Source of the DNA: Phoronis australis
Taxonomy: Eukaryota > Animalia > Phoronida
NCBI GenBank assembly: GCA_002633005.1
Contig: NMRA01000431.1
Location: 1-59,758, forward strand
Direction of reading: 5' to 3'
Length of the DNA: 59,758 nt
The notes beneath the pieces were generated by a model. That model had not been told where the DNA came from, did no database searches, and was given only the letters and a program-made list of their open reading frames with translations. The position numbers and the translations under genes were made by a program. Numbering within the stretch: the stretch's first letter is position 1; each line of letters begins with the position of its first letter. Shown piece after piece: positions 22,801-31,800 of the stretch.

Positions 22801-25800
22801 TGCCATATCTTTTTTCTCTTTGCCACAATCTGCTCTGGAGTGAGCTTCTTCACTCTGTTGGCACGTTCCTTCATCTGGTGACTGTGTTCAAGATACTCCT
22901 TGAGCACCTCTGGACTCATACCCTCCGCCTGCAGCACAATCATACATTATAAAGCTGCTAGTTTTGTGACTGGATTGCTAGCATACGCTTTAATATGTCA
23001 AGTTGCTTACATTAAGACACCAAGCAGTAATTCAGTAACCAGGACTTGCTACAGTTTTTCTTGCAAGAGTGACTATTTGCTTCACAAGTTGCTTACATTA
23101 AGACACGTAGCAGTAATTCAGTAACCAGGACTTGCTACAGTTTTTCTTGCAAGAGTGACTATTTGCTTCACAAGTTGCTTACATTAAGACACGAAGCAGT
23201 AATTCAGTAACCAGGACTTGCTACAGTTTTTCTTGCAAGAGTGACTATTTGCTTCACAAGTTGCTTACATTAAGACACGTAGCAGTAATTCAGTAACCAG
23301 GACTTGTTACAGTTTTTCTTGCAAGAGTGACTATTTGCTTCACAAGTTGAAGAAATGTTAAAACTCACTAAACCACACTCACCACCTGGTGACCTAGAAT
23401 AAAGTAAACCATTCTTAAAATTTAAGCATGGTTGACATTCCAATGCTAAAATGAGGCTTGAACAGCATAACATGGAGCTGATCTAGCTAGCCCAACTGCT
23501 CATGCACCTCAAGTCTGGTAACAGTTCAGGGACTTGTTGTTGCGTTCATGTATCTATTGTCTTGAATAAGGAATCAAATAATAAAGACTGCACTCAATTC
23601 ATGCTTGTAGTCAGTTAACTGAAAAGCAGGAATTGTGCGAGACCAGTTCAACTCCATGGTGTGTTGCATAGAACCAGAACTTGACTCCTTTGGAATCACT
23701 GCAGATAAGTGTTTACATTGACACTGGCAACAAATATATAACTAATGATGAATGTCTCTTAACAAATGGTAACTAGGGTGAAAACAATGCCACTACTTTT
23801 CGTCATTCTACCTGTCAAAAAACTTCCAACTGCTGCTGACGACTTCACATGCTGTGAAGTCAGTGTGGTCACAATGTGCGCAAGAAAACAACACCTTACA
23901 CAACATTGCAATATAAATGCAATGGTCCTTCAATAACACACTACCATTCTCTGGATTAACATGGCAAAAACAGAAGCTATTTTCTTCCCTTTGAATATGC
24001 AGCCTCTCAAGCTTTGTCATTTTGATAACAGTACGTATGTACCCAGAGATAGCCGGGACGAAATATATAATCTCCCAACTACAGAAGTCGTTGCTTATAG
24101 TTTAGGCCGGTGATGATTAATATCGATAGGAGATGCTTTACAATTATCTTGCTACATTTAAAATGAATCGGAGCAAGTTTCTGATTTCAGAACTTAAATT
24201 TTTCAGTTAAATTAATATAAATACACATTTTTAATTTCTAACTTAAAAATCTTTTTCCATTTCTATTTTTAGCATATCACTCAGTAACAACTCAGTAAAT
24301 AATCTGCTTCAAATTTGCATATTTCTGACTGGTCGTGCATACTACAAGCCAAATTTCTGTACCAAACCATATTTATTGCGAACGGTACACAGGTCCGTAG
24401 CAACTGAATTTGTGGTCATTTCAGCAAATTTGTCACTAGCTCCTGATTTCTGTCACTTTACTCATACTGCAGATTTCCAGTCAAGCGTCCTAGGCAACAA
24501 CAATTTCTTCAAGCCATTACCCTGAGTGCTATTTCGGAAACAAAGATTTCTTAAACCATGGTTCGTTCTGAAAGAGTGCCCATGAGTGCTATGTCTTCCT
24601 TCTGTTATGAAAGAGCTCGCATTGAGGCTTTGTGGTGATGGGCACTTTATTGGAAAACCCTGGTAAACAAGTGTCATGAGGGTTGCATTCTCAAGTCAAA
24701 GACTGACTTCTTTGTTGATTCAAAGTGAAGAAGCAGAGAATGGTGCAAGTATATGATGAATTTTGACTGTTTTTTTAATCGAGCAAGACAAGGTGTTAGT
24801 TGAATGTAAGAAGTACAACAACTTTCGAATCGGGTGTTGTAAAGTGTTAGTTAACTGTAAATGTGAATTTTTGTGTACAGGGCGAGCATGTACAGGACGA
24901 CCACTGATCTCCAAAGTGATTCCGAATTTACTGCTCCCAAATGCAGCTATATACCTGGCCGTCTATTTAGATACATGACACATACTCACTAGATGTATTC
25001 TAGAATGGAAAACGAGAACTGAGGTATGTAAGAAATATGACGGTCCCGGTGGTGATGAACCGCGATCATCAGTGAACACCATTACACTGTGTGCCGGTGG
25101 TGATGAACCGTGATCATCAGTGAACACCATTACACTGTGTGCCGGTGGTGATGAACCGTGATCATCAGTGAACACCACTACACTGTGTTGTGAAATGTGA
25201 CCTCTGGTTGTGACAACACGTACAGCCAGAGAAAGCCTCTCTAAGTCGCTTGCCAAGCAACAATTGCCTCTTGGCCGAATGGTTTAGACACTTGGCCGTT
25301 GCTCGTGCAACCTGGGTTCAAGTCCCACCGGAGACACTGAAATTTTCTACATTGGCGCCCAACTGAAGAAAAATCCACGATTAACCCCGGGATGTAAATA
25401 TTTGTTCCCAGTGGCGGATGGATAGGGGATGAGCTGGTAGTGGAGGATTCAGAGCACAAAGAGAGCATCGTTGACGGCTAATTCCAGAACGCTAGGGTGA
25501 TGCTGAGATCTAAAAGCCAGGAAGCGTGCCTGTTCCACGGAAGGGGGAGTAGTGTTGTGAAACGTGACTTCCGGTTGTGACGACACGTACAGTCAGATAA
25601 GTCGCTTGCTAAACGGCAATTGCCTATAGCCGAATGGTTTAGACGCTTGGCTGTCACTCGTGCAACCTGGGTTCAAGTGCCACCAGAGACCCTGAAATTT
25701 TCTACAACTGTGTCCCAGTGGCGATGAACTGTGATAATCAGTGAACACCATTACACTGTGTCCCGGTGACGATGAACTGTGATAATCAGTGAACACCATT

Positions 25801-28800
25801 ACACTGTGTCCCGGTGGCGATGAACTTTGATCATCAGTGAACACCATTACTTTACAGTTCATTTAGACACAGACTTCCTCTGCTTACTGTTAAAATAATT
25901 CTGGGCTTTTTAGATAGAATAATCACCAAAAGCACAACCATAGATTATATTTGAACAATACCTACAATTATGGATTGGATAATTGTTTTTACTGACTGAT
26001 TTGGAACATGAACTTCACTTTGTACTAGAGATTGGAATGTAAACAATTCCTCATGCTGTTAAAGCCTCATTTCAATGAGAAATTAATACCCATGGGTTCT
26101 ATGTGAAGAATGGCTTATTCACAATCACAATCTGGAAAAGAAACGATTCACACACAAACTGCACCTCATGTGAATGCAACTAACGCTGCTGTGCGTGAAC
26201 TTAGAATCCTGCTTCATCTCACGATCGTGTACACGTGAACTTGGAGTCAAATATTCATTGAGGCCATCAGGTTTTGTCATGTTTCCTCGTGTAAGTTCAC
26301 AGATACGCAATCTTAAGATAAGGCAACATTCCAAGTCCACCCATAGCAACACTAATATTTCAAACAAAATTGGAATGAATGAAAAATTTGACATAGAAAT
26401 CAAGGTTAATACAATTTTGAAACCGGTTTGAGTGTAATAATGAATTTTGATTTCTGACTTACATAACTTATATAGCTAGTTCAAGTGAGCTCAGAATATC
26501 AGGAAACCTCTGGTATTTTGCATGTAGAAGTCAACCCATTAACTCACGAGTTTATGGAGATATATCGACACATAGTATAACTCGGTAGTAGAGCCTCTCT
26601 GGTGCAGAGTTTGTTTAAAATCATACGATATAACAACATAATCACATAGCACACATTTAAACATTCAAGTAGACATGCCAACAGTAGTCACACTGTGACA
26701 AGATGACTGAACACAAAGCATGGCGCAACAACATACAATCAACATGATGTGTTCAAGGGAAACTCACCAGTTTTCTGTTGGTCATTTCCTTCAGCTTGTT
26801 TTTCTTTAGTTTCTTTAACTTTGCTGAAAATAGTTTAAACAAATGGCAAGAATGTGAACAAGTCCATAAAGGCATCATAAACAAGTGACGTGTGAACTTG
26901 ATCCAAACAGCACTTGCAGAAGAAAGCGAAATTCTGAAATATTTACATTTGGAACAACCTATAGTGTGCAGTACTCAATACTTAAATGATGATCAGCAAT
27001 GGCACCATGCAACTGAGCAGTAATTTGCTTAGATTTTAAAGATATACAGAGTGCAGTTTAAGTATTACCGTATTCGCCCCAATAAGCGTCCATGCCCCTA
27101 TAAGCGACCCCCACACGCGATTTCAGACTTTGCTAAAATAAGCGCCCAGTCCATGAATGCCGCGTACATGTGAAAAATGCCTTACCTACAGTTCTAAAAT
27201 TCTACAGTAAAGTCTTCAATCTATCAATAAGATCTGACAGTCCTGAAAAAATTATTGTGCACAGAATTTCTAGACAACGAGCCTCGCAGCTATTGTCGGT
27301 ATTTAGCCGTGACTATACACTTCAAACTTCCGCTGTGCTTCAAAAAGAATGCAAGTTATGCTGAACTTGCGAGGGGCGTGGCCTTTCAGAACAGACGCAC
27401 CGAACTTGTCAGAGGGATTGTATTGCACCTTTCCCGTACAGATCTTCTCCGTTAACAGGAACACAAATCTCTTTGTAGATTGTACACGTGAAAACCACGA
27501 ATCGAAGACTAACAAAAACTTGACCTTTGTTCAGTTAAAAGCACGTGGCTAGGAAGCGCGAGTCACATTCAAGAATCTGTCATCGAAGATTAGTCTTCAG
27601 GAACTATCTATTCATGAAACGGGTAGCATAGCATCGGCAAGAAATAAATACTGGCACTTATTTCCGAAAGTTTCTAATACCGTAAAAAACGTTTGCTTTA
27701 CTTTTAAGGGGTATTACTAAATTAGTCGTAATTAGTGTTTTTAAAGTTAAAATGACCCATTGATAGTAAACACTTCCGCACCCTTAAACCCTCGAATCTC
27801 CCAAAAATAACTGTCATGCATCCAGTCACCCGGCAACTCAATGACATCGGCCTTACCAATACAATTCTCAAAAGTTTTTAGCAGATGAGATTAACAAGTG
27901 CTAAATAAAACATGTTCTGCTTTACTGCTTATGTTAATTTCCTTAGTTACAACGCACACCTGGATCGTTACATCGCGTTTACTCTGGCAAATGAACTCTG
28001 AGGACACGCATGCGCTCGCTCTCTCACACAATAAGCAGGCAAACTTCAAAACATACATCACGTGACAACATGCGTGTTCGTCCAGAGATTTTTCTCATGT
28101 TGTGGAGTATGATCTAGCGCAGATTTGGACTAATATGCAACTAATCCCGACTCCACAGGAACTTAAAAATCTTAGGGACATTATATTGTAAACTTAAGGT
28201 GGAGTTCAGGTAATTTGTTGAGTTGAAACTATATTTTTACTCAAGAATTCAAGTTGACCTATTGGCAATCGCGAGGTAGCGACGCATCACTCGGTGAGTT
28301 TTCGCACTGGGATTTTCTGAAAAATGCTCATAATTTAACAACAAATTTGTTAGTAATGCACTGCAATTTTGTATAAACTCTATCATAGGCTACAGATGCG
28401 TCACAGAGCATAAATTTGATGAACTCTAGCTTACGATTTCACTTGTTTCGAAAACCGGGTTTCAACCACTTTTGGGCTATAATAAGAGCCCCCCTTCTTG
28501 AAGCAAATTTTTTAAGTGCCCTGGGCGCTTATTAGGGTGAATACGGTAGGTACTATTGCCTTAGAACATTACGTTCCCCACAATGGCAAGGGTTAAATAT
28601 TTCGATTTAATTTTGCAACAACCATAAAAATAAAGTTTTGAAATAAAAGTAAGTCAACACATCGTTTTTTCTACTGCGGTCGGAATGCAGCATAGAAGTG
28701 ACTTTTTGGCTTCAATTGCTTCATACTCAACTTCTTTAACTTTGAAGTTGGCCATTTTTGACCAACCAAAGCTGCACTCAATTAACTGCAATCAGCCCAA

Positions 28801-31800
28801 AATATCATCAATGAATTTAAGTTTTCAAAAAGTCAATTCCCAACCACAATGGCTCAAGCGCAGACAAAAATGCTTACAACAAAAATAATGAATAAAAAAA
28901 GTCTGTATTAAGCTACTTACGGCATTTTAATCCGTAATTAAAAAATGGCTTCCAAGCATCTTGTATCAATTTACCTAAATCTCCACTGAGCCGAGTGAAT
29001 ACTAGTAAAATGACCGTAATACAGTTAATCATCAAGCCATATAACAACCTGTCTATTGCCAATATATCCCTCAACCAACCTTTCAACACTTTCTTGTCCA
29101 TTTTCTTCATGTCTTTCCCATTCTTCTTCTTTGGTCCGTGCAATAGCCGCTGTTGGTCAGGGTACCGGTCATTGTAAGACAAAAGGCCTGACCCATAATA
29201 CTGATATTCTCTCTGCTGCAAGCAATGAATGAAAATGTCAATCATTAATCACCTTTTATTTATTTTGACTAGAAAATAAATATTTTCAAACAAACGAGAG
29301 CAACATTTTAATGCCAAATTGTTAACTTCAACCCCATAAGTATCCTCATATAAACATAACCTGGTTGGCCATAAGAAATTCAAAATTCTAATAAAAACTC
29401 TGTTTTTGAACATAATGTTTTAGAAGATAGTATCTTCTAAAACATTATGTTCAAAAACAGTTAGAAGAGACACAGCATCTAACTCACTTTGTCTTACAAT
29501 TTTTCTTCTTACAATTTTTAAGGAAAGTAAACAGTCTCCAAGAGTTGATATGTTCTGGTATGTAGATTTGTTGTATTGCCAAACACTTTTCTAAGTTCTA
29601 TTGCCAAACACTGTTCTTTGTTCAATTGCTATACACATTTCTTTAGATACATAGGTTTTGAAATGTCTTGACAAGGTAAAACAAAGGCATTCTGTTTAAC
29701 ACCTCCATCAAGCAGCATCATGGCCAGCTCAGACTCAACCAACATCATGGTCAGCTCAGACTCAACCAACATCATGGCCAGCTCAGACTCGACCAGCATC
29801 ATGGTCAGCTCAGACTCGACCAGCATCATGGCCAGCTCAGACTCAACCAGCACCATGGCCAGCTCAGACTCAACCAGCACCATGGCCAGCTCAGACTCAA
29901 CCAGCATCATGGTCAGCTCAGACTCAACCACCACCATGGCCAGCTCAGACTCGACCAGTATCATGGTCACCTAAGACTCCACCAGCATCACAGTCAGCTC
30001 AGACTCGACCAGCATCATGGTCAGCTCAGACTCAACCAGCACCATGGCCAGCTAAGAATTGACCAGCATCATGGTCAGCTCAAACTCAACCAGCATCATG
30101 GTCACCTAAGACTCCACCAGCATCACGGTCAGCTCAGACTCAACCAGCATCACGGTCAGCTCAGACTCGACCAGTATCATGGCCAGCTAAGACTCCACCA
30201 GCATCATGGTTAGCTCAGACTCGACCAGTATCATGGTCAGCTCAGACTCGACCAGTATCATGGTCAGCTCAGACTCAACCAGCATCATGGTCAGCTCAGA
30301 CTCCACCAGCATCATGGTTAGCTCAGACTCGACCAATAAACTTAAAATTTCATGTAATTTTAACAGCCAGTTTTCGAGTTGAGTCTCAAGAGAGTTTGAA
30401 GGGCTGGGGCCCTAGTGGAATGTTAATGCAGGAACATTAGTCCTTTGCTTAGGATACTTTATGTCTACAAGGGGCGTTGTATGTACGTCTTAGGGTATTT
30501 CCAGAGCGCATCGTAACTGTGGTCTACCCCAGCTCCTATGTAATTGTTTATTGCCTATGTATATGTTACCATTGTAATCTAACCAATCAGAATACCATTT
30601 GATGGTTTTTAGCTTGCGCAGTCATTTGTAGCACTCATTTCAAATATTGGTTCTCGTCACGCAGTGACCCACTTTAGAGGCATTATTAGCTGGGCCACAA
30701 CGGAAACTCCAGTAAGCAATTTAGTTAATGCTTTGCGCTTATCTTATTCATGTAGGTCTGCTGGATTGTATAACTGTAGAGTTTCACTGTTAAACTGTAA
30801 CCGCTGGTTTGTGGTGGTTTCATCAAATTTGGTTTCTAGTTCTGTGTGCTTGCCGTTTTGAATAACATTTGAGAATATTGTTTGGTTCTGTTATCTGACA
30901 AACTTTATTTATCGTTTGTAGATCACCATCATTTCAAGAATAAAACTGTTAAAAAGAAGCCAACGCGTTATATTATAGTCAGACTAATATGCACCTTATC
31001 ATCTTAAACTTACCTCAGGGTTTTGATAAAACTGTGCTTGATACTTGCGTTCCAGTTTACGGATCTTCAGCATTTCATGCAGCCTCTCCTTGGTGTACGG
31101 CTCATCATCTTCATCAGATGAACTGTCACTCAGCAAAATGGCCTGCTCCAGAACATTGACATAACTATTACATAGGCTAACACACTAACCATGGTGGGCA
31201 AGTTTTGAACAAAGATCTTTTGACAATACGCCTGTCATATGTATTGCAGATTTCTGTCAAAGGACTTACAGTGCCAAGAGTCCAGCTTGTTGTTAAAAGG
31301 TCATCAAATGTTCTAACTGTTTTTGTAGAACATCAAACACTTGTCAGTCATTGCCAAGGAGATGAAATTGTGAAAAATTCACTTATTTATTCTTGCAATC
31401 CAAAGGTTAGATTACCGTACTTTAATTAAAGTGCCTAAGTAGATAATTAGCAGTTTACTGTATCATACATCTTCACAGTTGCAGTAAAACACTGTTTACC
31501 GTATCATACATCTTCATAGTTGCAGTAAAACACTGTTTACCGTATCATACATCTTCACAGTTGCAGTAAAACACTGTTTACCATATCATACATCTTCACA
31601 GTTGCAGTAAAACACTGTTTACCGTATCATACATCTTCACAGTTGCAGTAAAACACTGTTTACCGTATCATACATCTTCACAGTTGCAGTAAAACACTGT
31701 TTACCAACACACCAAATAGCTGAGCAGAACAAAAGCTCGAGTGTTTTCTCAAGTTCTTAGCAGTTCTAACTCACCCTAAGCCATCTTCTGTTCTTCTTTA

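Noticed and set aside
25068-25170. CTGATGA (minus strand) in the 48-bp repeat as a hammerhead or C/D box
   Set aside because: No correctly placed GAAA/stem II or paired D box; other isolated CTGATGA hits (e.g. 15543, 36923, 39302) fail the same test.
29629-29974. Repetitive ORFs (MASSDSTSI / ESELAMML)
   Set aside because: 27-bp minisatellite with stops in later units; not needed for INO80 exon phase.
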